Assembly (NCBI GenBank): GCA_964612335.1
Contig: CAZTDU010000014.1
Span: 288-64,287, forward strand
From: an uncultured Enterobacteriaceae bacterium
Lineage (GTDB): Bacteria > Pseudomonadota > Gammaproteobacteria > Burkholderiales > SG8-39
Direction: 5' to 3'
DNA length: 64,000 bases
The notes under the pieces: generated by a model
Database searches by the model: none
What the model saw: only the letters and a program-made list of their open reading frames with translations
Told to the model about the DNA's origin: nothing
Made by a program: the position numbers and the translations under genes
Shown: positions 40,449 through 51,100 of the stretch, piece by piece
How positions within the stretch are numbered: position 1 is the stretch's first letter
Layout of the letters: every line of letters begins with the position of its first letter

Positions 40449-40551
40449 GGTAGCGCTTCATGATATCGAAAGCGGGATCGATCCATGCCGAATGCCGATT
40501 ATGCTGGCATCACGCAGCGGCGTAAGGTCACGGGCTGCACGAGGAGAGACG

Positions 40552-41235
40552 GTGTCGGCAGCATTCGACGTGGACCTGTACTGGTCGTTCCGCAGCCCCT
40601 ACAGTTACCTTGCGCTGGACCGCGTCAAGCGCATGGCGGCGGACTACGGCGTGGTGTGGCACGTGAGGATCGTCTACCCGCTCGCGGTGCGTAAGCCCGA
40701 GCACTTCGCGCGCCTCGATCCGCTGGCGCGGCCGTATTTCTACCGCGACTGCGTGCGCGTCGCTGAGTACCTGGGGCTGCCGTTCCGGCGGCCGGAGCCC
40801 GACCCGATCGCGCAAGACCCGGTGACGCTGGAGATCGCGCCGCAGCAGCCGCACATCCGCCGGCTGACGCTGCTGGGCGCGGAAGCGACGCTGCGCGGCC
40901 GCGCGCTGGAATTCATCGACGAGGTGAGTCGCCTGCTGTGGAACGGCGAGGTAAGCGGCTGGGACCGCGGGGAGCACCTTGCGCTCGCCGCGCAACGCGC
41001 GGGGCTGAACCTCGCCGACATGGAGCGCGCGATCGCCGCCGACCCGGCGGCGCGCGAGTCGCTCATCGAGCACAACCAGGCGGCGCAGCGCGCCGCCGGG
41101 CACTGGGGCGTGCCGATGTTCGTCTACGCGGGCGAGCCGTTCTTCGGCCAGGACCGCATGGACATGCTGCTGTGGCGCATGCAGCGCAACGGCCTGCGCC
41201 GCCGCGCCGCGCAGGGCGAGGGACTCACCCGGTAA
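40552..41235 (+). CDS. 2-hydroxychromene-2-carboxylate isomerase-like protein (DsbA fold, kappa GST)
   Basis: YWSFRSPYSYLA and GVPMF..GEPFFGQDR motifs; GAGGAG RBS before GTG. Confidence 0.82.
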   Translation: MSAAFDVDLYWSFRSPYSYLALDRVKRMAADYGVVWHVRIVYPLAVRKPEHFARLDPLARPYFYRDCVRVAEYLGLPFRRPEPDPIAQDPVTLEIAPQQPHIRRLTLLGAEATLRGRALEFIDEVSRLLWNGEVSGWDRGEHLALAAQRAGLNLADMERAIAADPAARESLIEHNQAAQRAAGHWGVPMFVYAGEPFFGQDRMDMLLWRMQRNGLRRRAAQGEGLTR

Positions 41236-41285
41236 CGGCACAGGCAGTCAACGCAACCAACACGCAGTCAGATCGAGGAGAAACC

Positions 41286-42254
41286 ATGTTCAGCAAAGCG
41301 CTCAAGCACCTTGTCGTCGCCGCCTCCGCGCTCGCCGCGACCGCGGCCCAGGCCGAGTACCCGGAAAAGCCGATCCGGCTGGTGGTGCCGTTCGCCGCCG
41401 GCGGGCCGAGCGACATCCTCGCGCGCATGCTCGCCGACGGCCTGAGCACGCGCCTCGGCGCGAGCATCATCACCGAGAACAAGCCGGGCGCCGGCGGCAA
41501 CATCGGCACCGAGCAGGTGGCGAAGTCGGCGCCGGACGGCCATACGCTGGTGATCGGCTACATCGGTCCGCTGGCGATCAACCCGTGGCTGTTCCCGAAG
41601 CTGGGCTACAAGCCGCTGCAGGACCTGACGCCGGTGAGCCTGCTTACGACGACGCCGCTGGTGGTCGTCGTGCATCCCGCGCTGCAGGCGAAGAACATGG
41701 CCGACATCGTCAAGCTCTCCAAGGCCGACCCCAAGGGCTTGAGCTACGCGTCCGGCGGCAACGGCTCGGCGAACCACATGGCGGCGGAGCTCTTTCGCCT
41801 CGCCTCCGGCGCGAACCTGGTGCACATCCCGTACAAGGGCATCGCGCCCGCCACCACCGACGTCATGGCCGGCCAGGTGCCGATGATCTTCAACGGGCTG
41901 TCGCTGTCGGTGAAGCAGGTGAAGGCAGGCAAGCTGCGCGCGCTGGCGGTGACGACGAAGGATCGCGCGCCGCTGCTGCCCGAGGTGCCGACCATGCAGG
42001 AGGAAGGCTACAAGGGCTACGACGTGTCGGCCTGGTTCGGGCTGCTCGGGCCGGCGAAGCTGCCGGCGCCGGTGCTCGCGCGGCTGGAGAAGGCCACCAA
42101 CGACGTCATGCGCACGCCGGAGTCCGTCGCTCGCGTCGAAGGGCTGGGCATGAGCGCGCGGCCGGGCAGCTCGCAGGAGTTCGCGCGCTTCATGAAGCAG
42201 GAACTGGACGTCTGGGGCAAGGTGGTGAAGGATGCCGGCCTGAAGGTCGATTGA
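41286..42254 (+). CDS. Bug/TctC tripartite tricarboxylate transporter substrate-binding protein
   Basis: YPEKPIRLVVPFAAGG.SD, ENKPGAGGNIG, HIPYKG, VPTM.E.G. Confidence 0.93.
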   Translation: MFSKALKHLVVAASALAATAAQAEYPEKPIRLVVPFAAGGPSDILARMLADGLSTRLGASIITENKPGAGGNIGTEQVAKSAPDGHTLVIGYIGPLAINPWLFPKLGYKPLQDLTPVSLLTTTPLVVVVHPALQAKNMADIVKLSKADPKGLSYASGGNGSANHMAAELFRLASGANLVHIPYKGIAPATTDVMAGQVPMIFNGLSLSVKQVKAGKLRALAVTTKDRAPLLPEVPTMQEEGYKGYDVSAWFGLLGPAKLPAPVLARLEKATNDVMRTPESVARVEGLGMSARPGSSQEFARFMKQELDVWGKVVKDAGLKVD

Positions 42255-42264
42255 GACTCGCGCG

Positions 42265-43827
42265 ATGAAAAAGCCCCTGAACGTCCTGCACGTGATGTGC
42301 GACCAGATGATCTCGTCGGTGCTGCGCCCCTGGGGCAACCGCATCGCGAAGACGCCGCACATCGACGCGCTGGCGGCGCGGGGCGCGGTGTTCGAGAACC
42401 ACTACTGCAACTTCCCGCTGTGCGCGCCCTCGCGCGCGTCGATGCTGACCGGGCGCCTGGCGACGCGGCTGGGCGTGTTCGACAACGCCGCCGACTACCC
42501 GTCGCAGGCGCCGACCATCCCGTACTACATGGCGGCGCTCGGCTACCACACCGCGCTGTCGGGCAAGATGCACTTCGTCGGCGCCGACCAGCTGCACGGC
42601 TACCAGGAGCGGCTCACCACCGACATCTACCCGGCGGACTTCGGCTGGACGCCGGACTGGCGGCAGGCGATCCCGGTCGCTTCCACCGGCGTCAACCTGA
42701 GAAGCGTGGTCGAGGCGGGCACCTGCCGCCGCAACCTGCAGCTCGACTACGACGACGAGGTGGGCGCGAAGGCGGTGCAGTGGCTCTACGACTATGGCCG
42801 CATGGCGGACGCGAAGCCGTTCTTCTTCACCGTGTCGTTCAGCCATCCGCACAATCCGTACGTGATCACGCAGCCGTACTGGGACCTGTACGAGCACGCC
42901 GAGATCGACATGCCGCGGGTCGGCCCGATCCCGTTCGACGAGCTCGATGCGCACAGCCGGCGCCTGGCGAAGGTGTACAAGTTCGCGCAGTACAAGGTGA
43001 CGCCGGAAGACGTGCGGCGCGCGCGCCACGCCTACTACGGCATGGTGAGCTACGTCGACGACCACGTCGGCAGGCTCGTCGCCGCGCTGCGCGACATGGA
43101 CCTGGAGGAAAACACCGTCGTGGTGTTCAACTCCGACCACGGCGACATGCTCGGCGAGCGCGGCCTCTGGTACAAGTGGATGCACTTCGAGGGCGCGATG
43201 CGCATCCCGCTGATCGTGTCGGTGCCGGGTGCGAAGGCGACGCGCATTGCCGCGCCGGTGTCGCTCATCGACCTGTTGCCCACGCTGGTGGACGTCGGCT
43301 CGATGAGCGGGCGCGCGGTCGAGCAGGTGGCCGAGACCGAGGGCACGAGCCTGCTGCCGGCGATCCTCGGGCAGGCGGCGCTGTCGCCCGAGCGCCCGGT
43401 GTATTCGGAGATGACCGCCGACGGCACCGTGAACCCCGGCCTGATGGTGCGCAAGGGCGACTGGAAGTACATCGTCTGCGAAGGCGATCCGCCGATGCTC
43501 TTCAACCTGAAGCGGGACCCGGACGAGGTGTCGAACCTCGCCGGCACCCCTGCCGCCGCGGCGGTCGAGCAAGAGCTTGCGGCGCTGGTGGCGAAGAACT
43601 GGGACGCCGCCGCGCTGAAGGTGGAGATGCGCGAAAGCGCGCGCCGCAGGCAGTTCATCCAGCAGGCGCGCAACGATTCGGGTGCGCCGGCCTGGGACTA
43701 CCAGCCGTTCAGGGACGCGACGAAACAGTACGTGCGCGGCGGCGGCGCCGCGGCCGGCGCCACCGCCACCAAGGCACGCGCGCGCTACCCCTTCGTGCCG
43801 CCGAAGCCGCCCGACAATCCGGAGTAG
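42265..43827 (+). CDS. Sulfatase, choline-sulfatase (BetC)-like
   Basis: CAPSR formylglycine motif, [23 protein letters not shown]. Confidence 0.88.
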   Translation: MKKPLNVLHVMCDQMISSVLRPWGNRIAKTPHIDALAARGAVFENHYCNFPLCAPSRASMLTGRLATRLGVFDNAADYPSQAPTIPYYMAALGYHTALSGKMHFVGADQLHGYQERLTTDIYPADFGWTPDWRQAIPVASTGVNLRSVVEAGTCRRNLQLDYDDEVGAKAVQWLYDYGRMADAKPFFFTVSFSHPHNPYVITQPYWDLYEHAEIDMPRVGPIPFDELDAHSRRLAKVYKFAQYKVTPEDVRRARHAYYGMVSYVDDHVGRLVAALRDMDLEENTVVVFNSDHGDMLGERGLWYKWMHFEGAMRIPLIVSVPGAKATRIAAPVSLIDLLPTLVDVGSMSGRAVEQVAETEGTSLLPAILGQAALSPERPVYSEMTADGTVNPGLMVRKGDWKYIVCEGDPPMLFNLKRDPDEVSNLAGTPAAAAVEQELAALVAKNWDAAALKVEMRESARRRQFIQQARNDSGAPAWDYQPFRDATKQYVRGGGAAAGATATKARARYPFVPPKPPDNPE

Positions 43828-43874
43828 GCGCTTCGGCTAAAGTAGGCGCTTCCAATCCAGCGCAGGACGGCACG

Positions 43875-44762
43875 ATGAGCGAAGCGCAGTTCCATGGCGT
43901 GTTTCCCTACCTGGTGTCGCCGGTCAAGCCCTCGGGCGAGGTCGACGCCGAGGTGCTCGGCAGGCTGAGCGACGACCTCATCAAGGCCGGCGTGCACGGG
44001 CTGACGCCGCTCGGCTCGACCGGCGAATTCGCGTATCTCACGCGCGAGCAGCGCCGGCGCGTGGTCGAGGTCGTGGTCGAGGCCGCCGCGGGCCGAGTGC
44101 CGGTGGTGGCCGGTGTCGCCTCCACCACCACCGACGACGCGGTGCTGCAGGCGCGCGATTACGAGAAGCTCGGCTGCGACGGCATCCTCGCGATCCTGGA
44201 GGCGTACTTCCCGATCGCGGATGAAGGCGTGCACGCGTACTTCAAGGCGATCGCCGACGCGGTGGGCCTGCCGGTGGTGCTGTACACCAACCCGAACTTC
44301 CAGCGCTCGGACCTCAGCCTGCCGGTGATCGAGCGCCTGTCGCGCGTGGCGAACATCGGCTACATCAAGGATGCGTCCAGCAACACCGGGCGGCTGCTGT
44401 CCATCATCAACCGCGTCGAGGGCCGCATGCAGGTGTTCGCCGCCTCGGCGCACATCCCGGTGTGCGTGATGATGATCGGCGGCGTCGGCTGGATGGCCGG
44501 GCCGGCCTGCGTCGCGCCGCGCCAGAGCGTCGAGCTGTACGAGCTGTGCAGGCGCGGCGACTGGGCCGCGGCGATGCAGCGCCAGCGCCCGCTGTGGGCG
44601 CTGAACCAGGCGTTCGCGAAGTACAACCTCGCCGCCTGCATCAAGGGCGGGCTCGCGCTGCAGGGCTATGCCGTTGGCGCGCCGCTTGCGCCGCAGGCGC
44701 CGCTGTCGCCGGAAGGCGTGGAAGAGGTGCGCCGCGCGCTGGGAGCGATCGGGGCGTTGTAG
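43875..44762 (+). CDS. Dihydrodipicolinate synthase / N-acetylneuraminate lyase family aldolase
   Basis: GSTGEF, VLYTNP, YIKDAS Schiff-base Lys. Confidence 0.88.
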   Translation: MSEAQFHGVFPYLVSPVKPSGEVDAEVLGRLSDDLIKAGVHGLTPLGSTGEFAYLTREQRRRVVEVVVEAAAGRVPVVAGVASTTTDDAVLQARDYEKLGCDGILAILEAYFPIADEGVHAYFKAIADAVGLPVVLYTNPNFQRSDLSLPVIERLSRVANIGYIKDASSNTGRLLSIINRVEGRMQVFAASAHIPVCVMMIGGVGWMAGPACVAPRQSVELYELCRRGDWAAAMQRQRPLWALNQAFAKYNLAACIKGGLALQGYAVGAPLAPQAPLSPEGVEEVRRALGAIGAL

Positions 44763-45101
44763 GTGGATACGCGCTGTCCTGCCTGCGGCGCGGCCCTCGG
44801 CAAGCGCAAGCTCGCCGCGGCCATCGTCGCGCGCATGGACATGGACTGCATGCACTGCAAGGCGAGGATCAGGCTGAACCTGCATCCGCTCGAGCTGCGC
44901 ATCGTGCTCCTCGCCAGCGCCGCGTTCGTCGCGGCGGCACTGCTCGCCACCCTGATGCAGAGCGACGCGCTGATGCTGCTCGCCTTCGGCGTCGCGGCGG
45001 CGGGCGCGATCGCGCTCGAGGTGCACGAGCGCGTGCGGCTGCGCGACTGGCCGCGCTATGCGCGCACCGAGCCGCCCGGCGGCACTGCGCCGCCTCAGTA
45101 G
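44763..45101 (+). CDS. Hypothetical membrane protein with zinc-ribbon-like N-terminus
   Basis: CPACG...CMHC followed by two TM helices. Confidence 0.55.
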   Translation: MDTRCPACGAALGKRKLAAAIVARMDMDCMHCKARIRLNLHPLELRIVLLASAAFVAAALLATLMQSDALMLLAFGVAAAGAIALEVHERVRLRDWPRYARTEPPGGTAPPQ

Positions 45102-45880
45102 ACGAAGGCCCGCACCAGGTTCAGGTCGCCGATCTTGCGCAGCGGCACGACGAAGCTCTCGCGCCGCTCGCGCAGCGTGTTCTCGTGCACGATCAGGCTC
45201 ACGCGCGCGGTGATGAGGTCGCGCTCGCGCGTGGATTCGTCGAAGTGGTAGCCCGAGGCGCCGAAGTTGCCCCAGTAGTTGACGTACACGCGCCACGCGC
45301 CGCGGTGCGGCGCGGTGACCGAGAAGATCTCGGGCCCCGCACCGTCCACGCTGTCGACGTCGAAGCCGCCGCCAGCGGCGAGCACCGGCCGCGCCCAGTA
45401 GGCGTGCTGGCCGTCGGGCGCGAGCACATGCAGGTCGACTTCTGCCTGCGGGTCGTCCCAGGTCAGCACCATGCGCAGCTGCGCCTGCGGCCGGCTCGCG
45501 TTGGCCTCGTAGAACTGCACGCGCTTCGCCTTGCCATCGGGCAGGCGCACCTCCACCCCGTTGGAGCCGGCGCCGAACGCCCAGGGCCGCGCGAAGGCGC
45601 CGTCCTTGCCGGTGTACAGCGGCATCGGGTTGCCGTTCACCACCAGCGTCGGCGGCCGGCGCGACTGGCCCGCGGCCTTCAGCGTGCCGGCGATCAGCGC
45701 GCGGTGCTTCTGGCCGCCGCGATCTATCGGCGGCGTCGGGTAGGCGTGGCGCACCTCGCCCGCGGCGTCGACGAGGCCGCTGTGGTTCCAGCCGCCGGTC
45801 GGGCGCTGCAGCGACACCTGCCCCTGCGCCAGGGCGCTCGCGCAGGCCGACGCCAGGACCAGCAGCAGCGCGGCGCGCAT
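45095..45880 (-). CDS. DUF2135 YfaP/MagA-like protein (second copy)
   Basis: LVVNGNPMPL, LTWDD...DLHV.APDG, DVD..DG.GPEIF, VYVNYWG. Confidence 0.8.
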   Translation of the reverse strand: MRAALLLVLASACASALAQGQVSLQRPTGGWNHSGLVDAAGEVRHAYPTPPIDRGGQKHRALIAGTLKAAGQSRRPPTLVVNGNPMPLYTGKDGAFARPWAFGAGSNGVEVRLPDGKAKRVQFYEANASRPQAQLRMVLTWDDPQAEVDLHVLAPDGQHAYWARPVLAAGGGFDVDSVDGAGPEIFSVTAPHRGAWRVYVNYWGNFGASGYHFDESTRERDLITARVSLIVHENTLRERRESFVVPLRKIGDLNLVRAFVY

Positions 45881-46650
45881 CAGCGGTAGGCGAACGAGGC
45901 CACGCGGGTCAGTTCGCCGGGCTTGCGCATCGGCACGCGAAAGCTGCGCACGGTTTCGCGGTCGGTGCCTTCGCCCGCGACCACCGCGAGCTGCGCGGTG
46001 GTGACGATGCCGCGGTGCTCCTCGCCGCCGGCGCCGAAGTAGTTGACGAACACGTGCCAGATGCCGGGCGCGGGCGCGGCGCTGGCGTAGATCTCGGGGC
46101 CGTAGCCGGTGGTGACATCCACGTCCAGCGCGCCGCCGCTCGCGCCGACGCGATGCGCGTAGTACACGTGCTCGCCGTCGGGCGCGATGACGTGCAGGTC
46201 GAGGTCGGTGCCGTCGGTATCCCACGAAAGCACGATGCGCAGCCGCGCCTGCGGCCGCAGCGCGTTCGCGTCGTAGAACTGCGCACGGCGCCGCGCCTTG
46301 CCGTCGGCCGAGCGCACCTCGACCGCGTTCGAGCGCGCGGCGAAGGAGTACGCGCGCGCGAAGGCGCCGGTCTCGTCGGTGGGCAGCGGCATGGCGATGC
46401 CGTTCACCACCAGCGTGCCCGGGCGCCGGTCGCCGCGCGGCGCTTTCGGCGCGCTCGCGATGCGGCCGCGGATCAGCGACGCGTTGCCGTGCACGCCGGT
46501 ATTGGCGGAGGACGCCGGGTAGTTCACTTCCTGGATGAAGCCGGATTCGCCACCGCCGTGGCGCCAGCCGCCGACCGGCAGTTCGATCGCGGCCTGCGCG
46601 AACGCGCCGCCGGCGAGGCTGCACAGGACGATGGCGGCGAGCGCGCGCAA
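45880..46650 (-). CDS. yfaP: DUF2135 YfaP/MagF-like protein
   Basis: LVVNGIAMP, LSWDTDGTDLDLHV, LDVDVTTGYGPEIY; TTG start. Confidence 0.82.
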   Translation of the reverse strand: MRALAAIVLCSLAGGAFAQAAIELPVGGWRHGGGESGFIQEVNYPASSANTGVHGNASLIRGRIASAPKAPRGDRRPGTLVVNGIAMPLPTDETGAFARAYSFAARSNAVEVRSADGKARRRAQFYDANALRPQARLRIVLSWDTDGTDLDLHVIAPDGEHVYYAHRVGASGGALDVDVTTGYGPEIYASAAPAPGIWHVFVNYFGAGGEEHRGIVTTAQLAVVAGEGTDRETVRSFRVPMRKPGELTRVASFAYR

Positions 46651-46653
46651 GGT

Positions 46654-48198
46654 TCAGAGCTCCAGCAGCCGGCGCGCGAGGCGCTCGACATAGGCCTCGT
46701 CCGCGCCGTTCGGATGAAAGCGCAGCGCAAGGTGCAGGTACTCGTGCGCCAGCGCAAGGCGGCCTTCGCGCGTGCGCCAGTCGCGCGCGTAGATGCGCAG
46801 CCGCTGCTGGTCGGCGTAGGGGTTGCCGCCGGCGAGCGCGCAGACGCGCAGCGGCGCGCCGGGCGGCTCGAAGCCGGGCTCGCCGTGCAGCTGCCTGCGC
46901 CAGCCGTCGGCTGCGCGCGCGAGCCAGGCCTCGGCTTCGCCGATGCGCCTGCAGTCCTCGCCGCCGGCGAGGCCGGCGAGCTCGGCCTCCGGGTAGGCGC
47001 GCGCGAGGATGGCGTCGAAGCCCGCGCCATCGCGCGACCACTCGAGCGCGTCGCGCCAGGACATCCGGTTCGGCGCCGGCGCGTCGCGGTGGTAGCGCAC
47101 CGGGACTCCGCGCAACACCAGGTCGTCGGTGAACTTCGCCGCCGCAAGCGCCTGCGCGCTGGGCGGATTCGGGCTGACGCGCTGCGTGCGCGTGGAATCG
47201 GCAATGCGCCAGCAGCCGGCCTCGAAGCCGGCGTTTTGCACCAGGTAGCTGCGCGCCGCCACCGCCAGCGCGCGCGCTGCCGCGGTTTGCGCGCCGCCGC
47301 CTTCGCGGTCGATGACGCGCGCGACGTAGTCGTTCAGCGTGAAGCGGCCGCTGATGCGCCTGTCCGCGTCGATCGCGAGCTCGCCGCGCGCGCCGGCGTC
47401 GATGCGCAGCCAGTTGCCGTTCTCGAACGCGATGCGATAGGCGCCATGCATGCGGCCCGTCGCCGCCGGCAGCACTGCCTTGACCGGATAGCGGACGAAG
47501 AAGTCCACCTCGACGCAAGGCGCCTGCGCGGGCTCGCGGTCGCGCGGTTCGGGCAGCGCAGCGGCAAGCGCCTGCGCGTGGCTGCGCAACGCGCTGCGGC
47601 TTGCGCCGCGCGCGCCGAACCAGAACGGCGTGCCATCCGCGAGCCAGCCGGCGGCGCCGCCCATGCCGTCCCAGGTCCAGGTCTTGAAGCGCACGCCGCT
47701 GCCGAGGGCGCGCCAGGCGTCGCGGCCGTAGCCGGCAAGGCTGACTTCCAGCAGTGCGCGCCGCGCTTCGCCACGCGCGGCGACCGACAGGCCATCCAGC
47801 GCTTCCAGGATGTCGCGCACGCTGGCGCGCGAATCCTCGCGCCAGCGCGGCGGCGGCAGGCCGAGCCGCCGATGGTCGAAGTAAGCGCCGCAGGAGCGCG
47901 CGAGCGCCACGTCGCGCCCTATGCTCTCGCCGGGGGCGCAGCAATGGTGTTCCGGGTCGCTCGCCTTGCGCGCGTGGCTGGTGCAGACATACGGCGGCTC
48001 CTGCGCGTTTGCATCGACGAGCTGCGCGTAGGTGAAGAGCTTCCACAGGCTGCCGACCGGCACCGGCGCAGCGGGCAGGTTGCGGCCTGCAAGCTCGCCG
48101 TCGCGCAGCCATGCGGCGCCGAAGTTGGCGCTCGCCGCCAGCGCCGAGGCGAACACGGTGAGGGCGGCGGCAAGGCTAGCGAATCTCGATGCGCGCAC
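46654..48198 (-). CDS. yfaQ: DUF2300 YfaQ/MagE-like protein (SpoIID/LytB-like C-terminal region)
   Basis: PVGSLWKLF, CCAPG..ALARSCG, YVARVIDREG, DSTRTQRV, HEYLHL; start estimated at GTG 48198. Confidence 0.8.
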   Translation of the reverse strand: MRASRFASLAAALTVFASALAASANFGAAWLRDGELAGRNLPAAPVPVGSLWKLFTYAQLVDANAQEPPYVCTSHARKASDPEHHCCAPGESIGRDVALARSCGAYFDHRRLGLPPPRWREDSRASVRDILEALDGLSVAARGEARRALLEVSLAGYGRDAWRALGSGVRFKTWTWDGMGGAAGWLADGTPFWFGARGASRSALRSHAQALAAALPEPRDREPAQAPCVEVDFFVRYPVKAVLPAATGRMHGAYRIAFENGNWLRIDAGARGELAIDADRRISGRFTLNDYVARVIDREGGGAQTAAARALAVAARSYLVQNAGFEAGCWRIADSTRTQRVSPNPPSAQALAAAKFTDDLVLRGVPVRYHRDAPAPNRMSWRDALEWSRDGAGFDAILARAYPEAELAGLAGGEDCRRIGEAEAWLARAADGWRRQLHGEPGFEPPGAPLRVCALAGGNPYADQQRLRIYARDWRTREGRLALAHEYLHLALRFHPNGADEAYVERLARRLLEL

Positions 48199-51100
48199 GC
48201 GGCCGCTCCTCGAAGGCCTTCTGCTCCGGCTGGTACATGCGCGTGTAGCGCACCGGTGGCAGCGCATAGCTACCCGCCTGCGCGACGCGCAGCAAATGGC
48301 CGATGCTCAACTCGCCCGTGAGTTCTTCCACCGGGAAGGCGTAGCCGGTGGGATTGGACTCGAACCTGGCGCGCTCGAGCGCGGCCGCCTCCTTGCTGCC
48401 CGGTTTCCTTACCGCGATGCCCCAGGTAGAGCGGTCCGCGCTGGCGCCGGGCGGCAGCGCCACCTCGACGACGCCGTAGCGCAGCCGTGCGCCAAGGCGC
48501 GGCTTCAGCACGATTTCGTCCAGGTACAGCGCATCGGTCTGCAACGGCGTATTCGCGCCCACCGCTTCCAGGGCGTATTCCGCGGGCGCGGCGGCTGGAT
48601 CGAGCGGCGCGGGTGGGCCGTCACCTGAGCGCGCGGCGGGCTTTGCCGCAGGCTGCGCGCTCGCGTCGATGCGCGTCAGGCGCCAGATGCGCCGCTCTAT
48701 CGTCAGCGGCAGCGTGCTGCGCTCGGGTTCGCGCGAGGCGTAGCTGACGATGGCCTGCGTGCCTGCCGGCACCGGGGCGGCGAGCGGCAGCGCGGATGGC
48801 AGCGGCGCGCCCGCAGGCAGGCGCCAGAGCCGCTGGCCGGTGGCGCTGCTCACCGCTTCCCAGGGGGCGTCGAGCGTCACGCCGCTGTCGCTGCCGCGCG
48901 GCGCTGCGCCGCCGAGCGCGCGCTGGATCCACACCAGTGCCAGCGCGCGGTCCACGGTGGCCATGTCGGCCGACACCTCCTGCAGCACGCGCGCGGCGTC
49001 TGCCGCCGGGCCGCGCTTTGCCATCAGCGCCAGCGCCTGCGCCAGCGGCACGCCGCTGGCGCGCAGCGACTCGATCGTGGCCGCCTGCTCCTTCGCGAGC
49101 CGCGGCGGCAGCGGGGCCTTCGCGCGCTGCGCCACGTAAACGGCGAGCACGCGCGTCATCGCGTCCACGCCCGCCTGCTCGTCATCGGCGAGCACGAGGC
49201 TGTCCGCGCGCGCCGCCGGCTGCGCCGTGGCCGGTGCCGGCCGCGCGGCGAGCTCGTCGGCCAGCGCGGCGGCCAGCGATCGTATCGGCAGGCCGAGTTC
49301 CTGCATCCAGTAGAGCATCAGCGCGCGATGCCAGTGCGAGCGCTTCACACCCGCGCTGCGGTATACCTCGAGCAGCCTGTCCCAGTGGCCGGCGGGCATG
49401 GCAAGTCCCAGTGCGCGGCTCGCGTGCCAGTCGGCGTAGTAGGCGTACGCGGTCAGCAAGGCGTCGCCGTCCCTGGCGGGCGCGCTCCACCAGCCGAACA
49501 CGGCCTTCGGGCCGGCGAACTGCGCCAGCCGGAATCGCTGCGTGTGCAACTGCTGCGTGAGGCGCGGCGCGAGGCGTTCGTCGCCGGCGACCAGCGACTG
49601 CACCGCGAGGCTGTAGGGAATCAGGCGGCTTGCGGTCTGCTCGACGCAGCCGTGCGGGTAGTCGATGAGCTCGTCCATGACGCGGCGGAACTGCGCCGCG
49701 GCGGAATCGGCGAAGCGCACCGTGATGCCGCTCGCATCCGGCGGCAGCTCGAGCGGCGCATCCGCGGCGATGCTCGTGGAACGCGCGCCGGGCCAGTGCA
49801 CCGGGACCGATTTCAGCGGCACGCTCAGGCTGTCGACGACCTGGCCGGCGGCGGCAAGCGACAGCGTGACGCTCGCGTCGCCGGAGGAGACGTCCAGCGG
49901 CAGGCGGACGAAGTTCGCGCCCGGGTTCAGCGTCAGGCGCTCGGATTTCGCCAGCCCGGCGCCGCGCGCGGAGAACTCCGCCAGCACCGGCTCGGTGCCC
50001 TGGTTGAACAGCGCCGCGCTCGCCTGCGGCGCATCGCTCGCGCGCAGCCAGGTCGGGCTCGCCCATTTCACGTACAGCGCCTTGTCCGAGCGCACGTGGC
50101 TGGCGGACTGGCCGACCACGCCGGCGGCATCGATCGCGCGCGCGGTGATGCGCCAGCGCGTCAGCGCATCGGGCATGGTGAATTCGAGCGTCGCGCGCCC
50201 GTCGGCGCCGGCGACCAGGTCGGGCTGCCACAGCGCGGTGTCGCGGTCGTCGCGCCGCGGGCGCTCGAGCACCTTGACGGCGCGCTCGGGCGACCGGCGC
50301 CGCGACGGCGCGGATTCGCGCCCGCGCGGGCGCGCGAGGTCGTAGCCGATGAAATTCAGGCTCGCCGAGGTGCGCACGTTGTTGCGGCGCGGATGGTAGA
50401 AGAAATCGAAGATGTCGGGCGCGATCTCGGGTTGCAGCACGTAGACCATTTCGTCCACCACCGATACCGTCAGCCGCGCGCCGGCGGCGGGCTTGCCGGC
50501 GATGCTGGCGGCGAGCTCCAGCTTTACCGTCTCGCCCGGCGCATACACCGGCTTGTCGGCCTTCACACGCACGTCGATCTTCGGCTGCTCGACGCGCAGG
50601 CCCTGGTTCTGGAACGCGTACTCGCCGGCCTTCACGTACGCCACGGACAGCGTGATGTTGGGGCCGTAGTCCTCGCCCACCGGCAGCGCGGCACGCCACT
50701 GCGTCGGCGTGACGCGCGTGGTGTTCACCCAGGACTCGCCCGAGACGAGCAGCGCGGTCTTCTCGACGCGATCGCGCTCCAGCGTGATGAGGGCGTGGTC
50801 CACCGGCTGCGGAAAGGTGATCAGCGCGCTGGCGGTGTCGCCCGGCCGGTAGCTGGCGCGGTCCAGCACGATCTCGATGGTGCCCTGCGGCGCGGCGATG
50901 CCCTCGCCGCTTACCCAGTGCGAGGCGGCGCCGACGATGTTTCCGGCGGCGTCGCGCAGGTTCACCGTGTAGCTGCCCGGCTGCTCGAACGCGATCACGA
51001 GCTGCGCGCGGTCGGCGAGGCGGCCGGTGGCGCGCTTGCGGTCCTCGAGCCGGATGCTTTCCCAGCTCTCGGGCGGCATGCCCTGCTGCCGCAGTGCGCG

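Noticed and set aside
43823-43852. 12-bp direct repeat AGTAGGCGCTTC between sulfatase and aldolase
   Set aside because: Only two copies 6 nt apart; too short for CRISPR; no evidence of an element
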